From NCBI GenBank assembly GCA_043228905.1, contig JBHGNT010000014.1, positions 20,584,001-20,648,000 on the forward strand: a DNA stretch of 64,000 bases, written 5' to 3'. The position numbers and the translations under genes are program-made. This DNA comes from Azolla caroliniana. Taxonomy: Eukaryota; Plantae; Polypodiophyta. How positions within the stretch are numbered: the first letter of the stretch is position 1; every line of letters starts with the position of its first letter. Below the pieces are notes generated by a model that saw nothing but the letters and a program-made list of their open reading frames with translations, was not told where the DNA came from and did no database searches. Positions 1 through 12,713 of the stretch are shown one piece after another.

Positions 1-668
1 TTCTTTGGAACTTCCATCTTCACATCGATTTTCTTCTTGGAAGCATCAATTCTTGCTCTTTTTTCCATCTCAGAAAAGGCTATACTCTCATCCCAAGCAA
101 CCAATTCGATGAAAGGTGATGGGGACTTACCGACAACTCGGAAATACTGAGGATACGAGGGTGCAACCCGTGTCGCGAAATCATCAGGAAGACCTAAAGT
201 CCTTCTTGCAAAATCAATCTTACCTGCTTTAAGCCTTTTCTCCTTGGCCATCATTAAAATCTTCCTAAGTTTCATCACAACTTCATCTTCAATCCCTAAA
301 TAAATCCGCTTCTCTTCTTCAAGTAAATCTTCCATGGCTTTGCTTAACCGACACCATGGCTCCTTGGTATGAGGGTCCTCAAAGATTTCAAAGAGGTTAG
401 GATGTTTCCTTATATAAGCTTTTACTCCAATGTTCTTCTTCGATAGCCCTATCTGTTTCTGTTTTATATCGAGATATCTGAGTCTGAGAGAGTGATCCTC
501 TCGTCGGAGAAGAAGATCTCTGATCTTGAAGATGGGCCGAAGAAGCTTGTCTCTCTCTGCGTGAAGGTCGAGAGAAGGGTCGGCCTTCAGTTTGATCTTT
601 GGTGTGGACATGAAACGCTTCTGTGTGTAACAACAGTAATAATGCAGGATCCATTGAGAGCTTCGCAT
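1..668 (-). CDS. PORR (plant organelle RNA recognition) domain protein, WTF1/RPD1/WTF9 family; C-terminal part outside window
   Basis: Manual translation from ATG at 668 is open to the window edge: MRSSQWILHYYCCYTQKRFMSTPKIKLKADPSLD...IRKHPNLFEIF...MKLRKILMMAKEKRLKAGKIDFARRTLGLPDDFATRVAPSYPQYFRVV...FIELVAWDESIAFSEMEK. It shows the PORR motifs LRKxLMM, LGLPDDF, YPQYFRVV and ELVxWD. It is missing from the ORF track because no stop lies in the window. Telo-box TTAGGGTTT at 675-683. Confidence 0.9.
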   Translation of the reverse strand, partial: MRSSQWILHYYCCYTQKRFMSTPKIKLKADPSLDLHAERDKLLRPIFKIRDLLLRREDHSLRLRYLDIKQKQIGLSKKNIGVKAYIRKHPNLFEIFEDPHTKEPWCRLSKAMEDLLEEEKRIYLGIEDEVVMKLRKILMMAKEKRLKAGKIDFARRTLGLPDDFATRVAPSYPQYFRVVGKSPSPFIELVAWDESIAFSEMEKRARIDASKKKIDVKMEVPK

Positions 669-2872
669 TATCGATTAGGGTTTAGCAGAGACAGGGAAAG
701 AGGGTTTAAGAGACATGTATTCTTTGGAGAATTACAGAAATAGCAGAACACTTGAAGCACATATTTCACATGGATTTGTTGGCTTCGTGATTTTACTGTG
801 GATTTGTGACCATTCTGGTTTCACAATTGATTTACATGTGATTATGGTGATAAAACCCCAAACTCACATCTTGGCAATATGGGCCTCACCAATAAAATTC
901 ATATTTGTTACTCGTTCCCATGGACATTGACATCTCATACCACCTACTAGAATTTGAAGAATGTACATGCTATCTATCACTTGACAATGGCCACAATACA
1001 ATGATTTTAATCACATCTTAGAAATAAGTTAAAAGAATCTTGAGAGTTATATTTGACCATTAAGGTGCAATGGCGTCGAAACTAAAGGGATCGCTCAATT
1101 TTTGAAATCGTGATCTTTAGTGTTTCATTCTCTCTCTGTCCTTATTTTTAATCTCCATGAGCTTTGGGGTCAAGAAATGGGCAAAATCTATGTATTAGCG
1201 GCGTTAAAACCTTTCATAAGGACATTTTGAAATCTCTTGGAGAACTTATCCAAGAATCCTTGGATTTGAAGATCATCTACAACTGATATGACTCAAGTTG
1301 AACAAGATAGACTTTCACAAATACATGATTTCAACACATTGGAGAAGAATACTTATGTAGGCTATAAGACCAAACACCATTTGTATGCATAATTCATTGC
1401 CCCACAAACACTCCCGCATGCTAACCCCACAAACACTCCCGCATATTTCACATCCACATCCACCTCTTGCACTTTCGTTCATTCTTCATAAGACGAAAAA
1501 CAACCTAGAATACCAAGGCATGATAAATTCTATATTTAACATTCTATTAATAACCCAAACATTATCCTAACTAAGATGATTAACCAAAATGCACTTTTTC
1601 TACTAGCATTTTTACATTGTTTGAGCAAGCCATCACTGATTTGTCCAAATTTAATGTAGCTTCCTGTATTGAGAGGCATAAATAACTCATACAAACATAG
1701 CCAACCTATATTCTATCTTCTTTCAATAGTGATACCTAATTGAGCTAACGATTTGAGATTGCATCTTATACTCTTCTTTCAACAGTTACACTAGATAATT
1801 CTACCCCACGTTGGGAAACAAGCTCCCAAATTTTACAATCTACATGACCCTGATGTTTCATGAATTTGCATCTAAATGAGATTATTTATGTGTGGGCAAA
1901 AATAGTTTTGATATGTTGAAGACAACAACTAACTTGAGCTTTGTGGCAGGCATTCATATAAGTAAATAAGACTATGTCATCACAACATAAAAAAACTCGG
2001 TGACTGCTCATTCAATCTATTTCACTGGTGGCATTCAATAATGTTACGAGAAAAAATATTTGCTAGAACTTAAAACATTAGTTCTCTTGAAGGAGTTCAC
2101 TCAGACATGTGAGAGAACACAGATATATAGAATCCTTTTAGCACAGCACATTACCTTGCTCTGGATATCTTAATCAATACTAAAATATGATTTCTTATCC
2201 ACTAGTTTCAAAGACAAATAGCCCACCATGAATTAATGGTCTACAACACTGAACGTAAACTCACCAAGATAACCACCAGAAACCCAATGTTCTTACATGA
2301 CTGGTGAGCTACCACTATACATTGAAACTCAACTGGAGCATATATACATATGATACAACATCCCAAGAAACACAGAAGGAAAAAGCATCTGCAACCTGTT
2401 GCTTTTATTACATAGCTTGAGAAGTACCTTGCCCAATGAGATTTTTGAGCCTTTTGTTTTTTGGGGCCCATGTCATGTAACCTACATTTTCATTTTAGAG
2501 AGGGGATGTTGTGTTTGAAACTAAATCACAAAAAAACTGCGACACACCTTGAATAGTGCTTCGCACGGTATATTCAACATACAAACCAGGAAACCTGGGC
2601 TAGAATTACAGGGAAAATACAAAGAATGAGATACAATTAACACCACAGCTTGGTGTGGAAATCAGTGAGATAGCATAGGCAGTTTTCTAACTACAAACGG
2701 TTGCTGCTCAACCACCATACCATTCTCAACAACTCGAATTTTAGGCATGTCAAACTTCCATAGCACTTCTCAGAGGAACTACCAGGAGCAAGAAAGGCAA
2801 TAAAAGATCGTACATGGAGAGACCGACCTCTTTTAACTACAAAACACACACCAATACAAGACCCAACCGTCA

Positions 2873-3430
2873 GAAATCTGAAGTGTTTTAGTATAGCGAA
2901 AAATATCAAAAATAGCCTATTATGAAGTGTTTTAGTGACTTTACTAGTTCCTAATCTGAAGTGTTTTAGTACCTTTACTAGTTCCTAATGTTATCCCTGG
3001 GCCATTGAATAGGGTTCCGGATACATGTGTATATGTATAGGTGTTCTGGAGATGGATATATACATAACGTGAGGGGGAGAGACTGGAGGTATATATATAT
3101 ACACAATGAATCGGTGTTCTGGAGATGGATATATATACAGAGTGAGATGGGCAGTATTATATTGCAAAAATCTGAAGTGTTTTAGTACCTTTACTAGTTC
3201 CTACTGTTATCCCTGGGCCATTGAATAGGTGTTCCGGATACATGTGTATATGTATAGGTGTTCTGGAGATGGATATATACATAACGAGCGGGGGAGCGAC
3301 TGGAGGTGTTCTGGACATGGATATATATACAGAGAGAGATGGGGAGAGAGAAATCCAGTATTATATTGCAAAAATCTCTTTCTCTCTCTTACTCAAGGAC
3401 AAACACACCTATTACACACAATGAATAGGT
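2873..3430. repeat. Imperfect local tandem duplication (about 216-bp period) downstream of EAF1
   Basis: AATCTGAAGTGTTTTAGTACCTTTACTAGTTCCTA...GGTGTTCTGGAGATGGATATATACATAACG starts at 2953 and 3169. Shorter TGAAGTGTTTTAGT and GGTGTTCTGGAGATGGATATAT sub-units also recur. Confidence 0.85.
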
Positions 3431-3581
3431 GTTCCAAGATCTCATCTTGAATGACTCAAAGATATTCAGATATTTTATAATTAGTTAAGTACTTTTGATA
3501 ATTCGAGATGTTAGAGAGATATTTCTCATACTTTTCTTTTAAGAATATATTATAGAACTACTCCTCAATTCAACACACCTT

Positions 3582-6500
3582 TTACTCTGGAGGAACAGGC
3601 GTAGTCCCAGATGACGCCGGGCGAACTTGTGGGGCTCCTCCTGGGCTATTTGGCAAACAACTAATTTGCGGTGCCTGCTGGGGTGATAGTCTCTGTGAAG
3701 GTCCCATGAGCTGCGACGCAATAACTGATGATGGTTTTTGGCCATTAGTATGTTGTATCGCATTTCTGCCTTCTTGAGAGACTTGGCTGGTATTTGTTGT
3801 CACTCCCACATTGCCATTTGACGATGGTGTAACCATGCCCATTGCCATAGGAACCTGTGCTGCTGCTCCATTGTTATTGCCTCGACTCAAGTTATACAAG
3901 CCTGACATTGATGAGAATTGTTGTCCGGATTTCCATTGTTGAGAGTGCATACTTACACTACCACTAGCAGTACTATTAGACACCAAAGGGCTATTGTTAG
4001 TACTATTACTGAGCTGAGAGACAGCTGAAATTTGAGATGATACACTAGGTCTCAACTGTACTCCATTCTTTGCAACCTGTTGGACATTTGCCGCCTGCCC
4101 TTGTTGAGGCCTCCTTTGTTGGGCTTGCGATGACTGATTCATGCGACGTTGCTGCTGTTGAGTCGATGACAACGAAGGAGCTTTTGCAGGTGCTTGTTGT
4201 GTTGGAGGTGATGCTAATGCTGCTGATGGAGATGTAGGTTGGATGATGGTGGTAGTGGTGGTGGTGGTGGTTGTGGTGGTAGTAGTAGAAGTAGAAGTAG
4301 AACATATGGATACAGAACTAGCCTGTGCTGTAGGAATTTGTTTTCCAAATTTTTTTTGCTGATATTGTTGGACTAATGCATCCGGTACCACCTGTGGCAG
4401 TGCTGTCAGATTCTGAACAGACGGTTGGGCTTGCCCACACAACTGCTGAGATTGAGCCATTTGTTGTCCCTGAAGAATCTGAGGCTGAGAATTCAGGTGT
4501 CCTTGGATTGCACTTCCTCTCCCCATCCCTTTCATGCCTTTCCCTTGAAGATGTTGCTGTTGCTGTTTTGATAAACTCTGTTTTGTCTGGAGTGGAACCT
4601 GTGCAGGTGGAACAGCTTGCTGCTGACCATTTGATTGCCCAGCAGACAAAATAGTGGGTACTGTTGGGGAAGTTACAGATCCTGTTCCTGTTATCTGCTG
4701 AGTTCCAGAATCCTGGGGCAAACCATGAGACTGCATTAGCAGGTGAGATGGTTGTGGAAACATGTGACCATGAGGAGAGGGATTAATATGCTGTGATTGA
4801 GAAGCAGAAATAAATGTTTGTGATGATGATGGGAACATAGACTGTGATGAGCTGCTAGCTGTTGGACTCAGTTGTTGCTGCTGCATCCTTTTCTGTGAAT
4901 CTTGCTGTGACAACTGCTGGCGGTCTTTCCCCACACGCATATTCATGCTATAACTTGGTTGTTGGCTTGAGCTTGGACTATGTTGCTGAGCTTGAAAAGT
5001 GCTGTGTTGTATTAGCTGCTGCTGCTGCTGCTGCTGTGGAGATTGTACTAGATTAATTGGCGATGATACTACACTGTTGTTAGCACTATTAAAGGCTGTT
5101 GATTGTGTAGGTGCCTGAAAATACATCATAATTCAAATATGAGAACAGAACAAGACTTAAGAATAAAAACGTTGTAACAGCCTATATGAGAGTAAGGATT
5201 TAGAACAGATACAGCATATATAATATGTATTATAACACAACCTACCTAACACTGTATTATAGAATACAGCAATATTAGATCATTTTATTACACAACCTAC
5301 ATAATTATAAATTTGACTGGTAGTAGTAAAGGCAATTACAATATTGAGCAACATTAAATAGCTGGTATAACATCTCTTTTGACACAATCTACATAATGTT
5401 GTGTAATTTGGCATGACCTATATTAACATATATTATTATTTCAAGTTGTTAGTCCTTTAAAATTCAATAAGCAGTATAGATAATACCATTGTCATTGTAT
5501 CCCTAACAGGTCTCCTCATCGTGTTTGCACTTGAGGATATTGCACTGCCTGCCCCTGGTAAGCTCATTCCTACAGATGGCAACACGTTATTCATGCTTGC
5601 AGTATTATTCTGTGCACCAATTGGTCCCATTCCAGGAAAATTGTTTCTTGCCAGAGGCACGCCCCTATTTAACCCACCCACAAAATTTGCATTGTTTCCT
5701 GGAGAAAGTGTCGCAGGAGTACCACCAGAATCCACTGAATTTGGCAAACCCATGAAAGGCAATATTCCTGCTGGACCAGATATACATTGAGATTGCATAC
5801 CTCTCCCTGCAACAATCCTATTGTAGCGTATACGATGATCCTCAGATGTCAGTGGCCTCATTAAAGGGCCCATTCTCTGCGCATCACTAACCCCATCAAA
5901 TAACATAACTTCAGAACTCAGAATATCAGCTGAAAAGTTAACAATCAAGAAAACCAAAGATAGTAAGATATGGACAAAAAATCATGCATAGGAGACTACC
6001 GTGACATAGCAGCACTTATTGCAGGTGGGGGAATTGAAGCACTTAATTGTAAATTGTTCGATCCTTGCAATACTGACATAATAGACGAATTTGGCCGCAA
6101 TCCTGTTCCTGACATCATGTTTGCCATCCCAAAACCAGAAGACTGCAGTGAACAAGGATGAGCACCACATTCTGCTGCTTGCTCGCACAATTCTAGAGGC
6201 CTTGACATAATGAATACTATGTTAAAATGTATCTAGATTTACACTATACAGTTTACATATATTTTATGATCATACTGCATTGAAGCTCAACAATATAGAA
6301 CTTCCCATTTCAAATTTATGAAATAAAAGGAAAAGAGTTTTGTAGAATACGTTAATGGAACAGCAAGTTTCAATGCATGTGATTCATGCTCTGGCACAAG
6401 CTGCTTTTTTTCTTGAGTTTCATTCTGCAAAAAGAGTGTGTAAATAATAGAGCAGAGATTATATAAATATTTTCAATTAGAACCTAAACGAAACCTGTTG

Positions 6501-9500
6501 TCTCTTGTTTCGAATTCGTTGATGTAACTGTAAAATGCAATCAACATGATTTTTCAAAGTCTCTTCCAAATGCTGAGGTAGGAATCTAGTGCCTCCCTGC
6601 GTAGAAATTAATTATTCAACAATAAGTACAGGTTTACGATTGATCTCATTAGATCGAATATGATACAAAACATTTGGAACCTTCTGTCCCAATGATATTG
6701 GCAGATGACTTGAGGAGCTGGGATCATCTGGGCAATCTCCATCATCACCTCCTAGTCTCTCTGTAAGGAATATATGCCTCTCTTTGCAGTCCTTAGGTTT
6801 GCGAAATATACCCTGAAATGATTGAAGCATTAATACAGAAGATCAAGCATAAAAAGATGAAAGAAAGAAAGAACAATGTATTAGCATCTGTTAAAAGGTC
6901 AAAATAACATTCACATGTTATTTTTTACAAATGTTTACATTCACATGGTCCACCATAAAGAAATAATAAAATAATGTATACATAACAAGTTAGTTCTCAG
7001 AATGCCCTTCATTAGATGTGCTCGAGCAAAGGGGTCACATCAGCGTGGCATACGGCTTCTTTGTTATGATTGATGGCTTCAATCTTTGTAAAATAGTGAA
7101 ATACAGGCTCCCATGGTCATAACCAGTGTGACCAATAAATTTCTGTACTCCTCTTGAATGGCTTCTTTGCTGATTATCCATGCTTGTTGAGCTCCGAGGG
7201 GCAGAAATGGAGAAAGGTGGGACGAAGGCTGGGGCTGTCAAGAGATTATCAATTGTTCTTTTCCTGAGTGGGCTTGGTTCACTACTTTGGATCACATATT
7301 GATCATTAGAGCCCTTCTCGACATATTGATCACATACTAGAACTCAATAGACATATGGAGAATTTATTGTAGGACAACAATACAACCACACAGGCTCATG
7401 GACAAAGAACTATCACAACTTTCTTTAGCCCCATCACTCCTACTCGTTCTATAAGTCAAACAAGGCCCACACAAGTGTGCTCATGACCAGGACATTGCAA
7501 AGTGGTTCCGATATATCAGGCATAAGCAACCTTTCGTGCACGTAGGCCCTGGCCCAATGCACCACGATATCATCACCCTTATCATCAGCAGATAAAGGCC
7601 ATTATCTCCCATCATCGAAGGTGTTTCGCGCACTTTAGAGATCTCTCCATTCTGGATCAATCTATCTATAGATATTTTGAAAACAAAAATTACGCTCTCT
7701 ATCTGACTTGACAATCTTACATATATAGATAATGGGATTCTCGTCATTTTTATTTTTAATTCTTATTTACTTGGTTACATTTATTTTGGTTTGTTCTCAA
7801 ATACAAGACAACTTTTTAAGATGTTATGCCTTGTTTAGTCTTAGGCCATTTCGGCCTCTTAAAAGAGGTTAAGATATCTTCCTTTCTCCCCAAATGGAGA
7901 TATGTGATTATCTCTTAAAAGACATTAATATATCTTTCTTTCTCATTTGCTCTCAAGTTCTAGCACGAAGAGAGTCAAGCATTTTGGTCCAAGACCTTCC
8001 CTGAAAAGGCAGTGATACATTTGTCTGATCTCACAGAAAATAGGGGTTCGACATATATATGTTCCTCAGTCTTAGTTTCTAGATAGCATAACTAGCAAGA
8101 CAATTACTTGGTTCCAGATTGTCATATATTCCTGTTTCCATCTGTGGTTGAAATAATGAGATGCGTATATACTATGTGAGATATGTGTCACCCTGTACAT
8201 GGGCCAGGATACATTTGTCTGATCTCACAGAAAATAGGGGTTCAACATATATATGTTCCTCAGTCTTAGTTTCTAGATAGCATAACTAGGAAGACAATTA
8301 CTTGGTTCCAGATTGTCATATATTCCTGTTGCCATCTGTGGTTGAAATAATGAGATGTGTATATACCATGCGATATATGTGACTCCCTGTACATGGGACA
8401 AATGGCAAATCCATCCGATGATATATGCAGGAAGGTGTAATTACATGGCATCGTTGTCCAATGGGAGTGATGGGTTACTCTTAAATCCACCATGTGTCTT
8501 TCCTCTTCACTCACTCTCATGGAAAATTACACAGTTCAGTTTTAGGAGTTTGAGCCATAACTTTGTCCATGGCTCTTGGAATTGTAAGTAAGCACCTTGT
8601 CTTTCTAGAGATCCCAAGGTTATCATGCCACTTAAATGTCTTACTTCTGCTGCCCAGTCTCGTGTAGAATTTTCGTCACTCTAAAATGGAATCATATATC
8701 CTAACCGATTAATGTATAATCACAATCATTATAATTGCTCAGTATCCAGTGATCTCCACTATTAAGGAGGTAATATTGATTGATAAACTTCTGGAAAGCC
8801 CTCACACATGACCCCATTTAAAGGTGAGCAATTAGTGGTACAAAATATCTCATGCATATAAGAAGTGTTCAGCAACTAATCCATCATGGGCTCTCCCATG
8901 TGGCAATGTATCAATAAACTCTTTTATCATGTCTAGTGAAACAGCGACCATCAATAAGGTGGATCAGTGAGAGATGGGAATCCCTTGTAACTTCTTCTTA
9001 AGGCAGAGTGAGCGGATCAGAACCATCAGCTCATCTTTGAGAAAAGATAGGTATGTTCCAATTGTTCTTTATACACACATATTTTCCTTAAAAACATAAC
9101 ACCCATACAATAGTATGAAGCATAGTGTAATTGAGACATTTGAGTTAGCACTGCAAGTGTGCAATTGTTTTGTTCCCTTTTTAAAGCCTCCCAAATTTTA
9201 ATTCATAGAACTGCATTCACATTTTAAAACACAAAAAAGGATCGCATGGAGTCAAGAAAGACTGACTCCTATCATGGAACAAGGATATGACCAAACCACA
9301 AGGAATAGATGATGTGGATGAAATGCAGATTCTTTGGAGTACAAACGACATTTCATGCATTTCAAATTTACATATATACAATCACAGAGCTGTTAATAAG
9401 TAGTTAAGGAGATATAAAATAGACTTGGTCCCTTGTGAGGGTCCAAATACAGAATGGTAATGTTTCGGCCTTTTAGCCAGGATGTGTTCTATGTAGAGAA

Positions 9501-12500
9501 CTTCTAGTGGGCTAAATTTTTAACTAATACACAGTACAAATCAACAAAAAATAAGACCTACTAAAGCAGGTAATTGTTAAGGAGGATTAGTATAGTTCAT
9601 GTACCTTTAATTGTGAATTGGAACTCAATATGTCACTTACAAGCTCCCAATTAGAACCCAGCTCATATACCAGTCCAAGGATTGCCTGCATGAAGCCAGA
9701 TTAGATATCAAAGATGTCCTCAGGTATTTAGTTTCTCAAATATGATGCAAGCTTATAGAGCCAACAAACCTGATCTTCAATTGATGACCACGGTACACCA
9801 CACCCAGGTTGAGTTATGGAAGCCTAATCATATAAAATAGCATATATTAAACCAAGCACAATGGAGATCAAAATGAAAACCAATGCTATTGTACCTTGCT
9901 AGCCTTGTATTTTTTGCTTCGATCTCGACTGTGAATATGTTTATTAATAAGTTTGCTAGTATTAGTAACAATTCCCGCCCCATGAAATGTTCCTGCAGTC
10001 CCAACCAGATTTTAACACTTCAAGATTTCTCAGGTTGAATTTTGACTCCAGCACTAAACGTCAAAAATAATAAGTCAAGATGTACCAAGTCCTTCCAATC
10101 CAGCACTTCCTGTAGACTGCTCTCCTCTGTGCTTTAAGTGTTCCTTCTACAAATATGACACCAAATTTATCAAATTAGCGTCAATGTTCAAATCTGCTAG
10201 TTGAAAACCAACATACAAGACAATTGGAAGCATAAAGCTACCGGTTCATGTGCAATATGTTGCCATGGTGGTTCAGATTCTCTCGCCTGTTACAACCATC
10301 ATTGCCTTCAATAACAAACTTAATTGCAGGAAAGGATGTGAAATTATACATCAGGCCAACCTATAGTTACCAAATTCATTTTAGGTAGTTCTCATTGAAC
10401 AAAGACTATAAACACATGGTGACCCCTCTTATAACTAGGCCATATGTTTGTAGTCATTTGTTTTCCAAATTGTTAATGGACCCTTAGTGGGCATATCTTG
10501 ATCTTGGTCTCTTTGTGCTAACCATTCTCCTTAGCTTCAACTGTGTGCTTCGTATATCTTTCTTATTTTTCCAAATATATGGGAGTCCACATTAATATCC
10601 AATTTGTAGAGCAGCTCTACCTTTGTGTAGGTACAAATTTTAGATTCTGTGTGCATATTATCCTTATACTAATGCTCGAGAAAAATATATTGCCATGTAG
10701 AAAAGATTTTTGCAACATAGAAACAATGTTTACATAATAATAGGTAAAATATGAGCATGCAAAAAGAAAACACTAAGAAACATACATCATATGAAGTAGA
10801 AGCACTATGTCCCCCAATAACAGGCCTGCTCTTCTTTTTCTTCTTGTTTTTGAGAGGACTATCTACTCCATCTGCAGTTATATTACTTCTCATAAATGCC
10901 CCAGTTGATTCAGCATCAGTGATTCTTCCTGATACTGAGGAGCCTTCAATAATTGTTGTGATCTCATCTTGCTGTGAAGTTGTGTCACCACTGGAGATAT
11001 CTGATCTTCCAAGATGAGCAGCTGATCCAGACACTAAAGGTCCAGCTGCTCCTGCAGCTCTCTGTCTTGCTGCCACCGCAGATGTACGCATTCGCTTTAT
11101 AGGGATACTACCATGCAATCCCGAATTTCGTTTACCGGTAACAACTGAAGAAATGAATGAACCTCCACCATCTGCATCACAATGAATTATAGGTAAGACA
11201 TGCTATTATGAAGAGACACGTGATCTTGGAAAATAATTTCACAGTTCAAGCTTACAATTTCCAGTCGTATATTCCACTGCTTCTCCAGCAGCATGCACCT
11301 CTGCTTCTGTTAACATAGATTCATGTTCTTGAAGTCTCTGCTCATATTCCTGTGAGATAAACCATTCTCAGAGCCGTCTTACAACAGGTCATTACATATG
11401 TTTCTATAAATACATCAAATATTGGCGCATACCATTTCCCATTGTGATACTACTGATTGGCAGTACAATTCCATGGCATGATTAGGGACCATGTAGAGAA
11501 GGCTTTCCTGTTTGTAAATTATCAATCAGAGAACAGTAAATGCGAACACAAGAACATAAACAATGTTACATACCTCTGGGAGCTTTTCATCCCAAAAATC
11601 AAACAATCCAGATTCAAACACACGATCTGGTGTGGGAGGGGCTTCTGCTTGAGACAATGATTGCTGGCCTGTGGAGTTTTTGAGGAATCGTATAGCATAC
11701 TTATGTACAGGAAGAGTTCTATTTATAAGAGCCTTTGGCACAGCAGATATTGGCACCACTTCAATCTGCTTACAAACATGACAACAAAATAAGACGGAAA
11801 CATTACAGAATGATACTTGTATTTTTTTTAATGATAGAGAACAATGAATTTGAAGTTTTCTTGCACAATACCTTATCAATGGCTGTTTTTTCCGAATTAC
11901 TGCTTGATAAAACTGGCATTGAAACATTATCATTCCTAACAACATCTCTAAGAAGTGCTTCACTTGAATGCCAGAAACTCGTAATTTTTTTAGCTAAACT
12001 TCGAGCAATTTGCTGTTGTTGCTTCTGGATTTCTGCTTTTTCAAACTCTGACTGATGTCTCTCTTTCATAATCCATCTTGCAACTTGTGCAGCAGCAGCA
12101 ACTTTCCAAAGCCGTTCCTAAAACAGAGAGCGAGAGATTTCAGCTGAGATCTCCAATCTGGTGCATTGCAATCAAACATTTATGGATGTATGAAGCATGA
12201 AACAAGGAATTGAAACAAGGATGAGCCCCCTATCTGGATGAAACTGCTTTTTATGTTTCAATCGCAGACCTCAATACAAGATTTTTAATATTTGTTTCTA
12301 CAGTTTCTCTAACATAATGGTTCATATCAAATAAATATATCTAAGGAGTGCCGGTGACTTTTCTTGGTCTTTGCGACAACAGACTTTAACATCGTTGCAA
12401 AGTTGTTAAGCATTGATGCTTCACTGTTATATAGCAAATGTGTTAAACTTCTGGCAGTAGTTTCACGTGACTTGATTCTTGACAATCTTTGAGTGTGAAT

Positions 12501-12665
12501 TCTTGCATGATTACTTTTGTACAAGATTAAGACACGAGTTAATAATCAACAAGATAAGTGTTTGAATACCAAATAAATAATTATTAATCCCATATCACAA
12601 CAAGCCTTGGAGATGACACAATTCATTATTTAACAAAACTGAATGTTAATATTTCTTTCTTTCTT

Positions 12666-12713
<48 letters not shown>

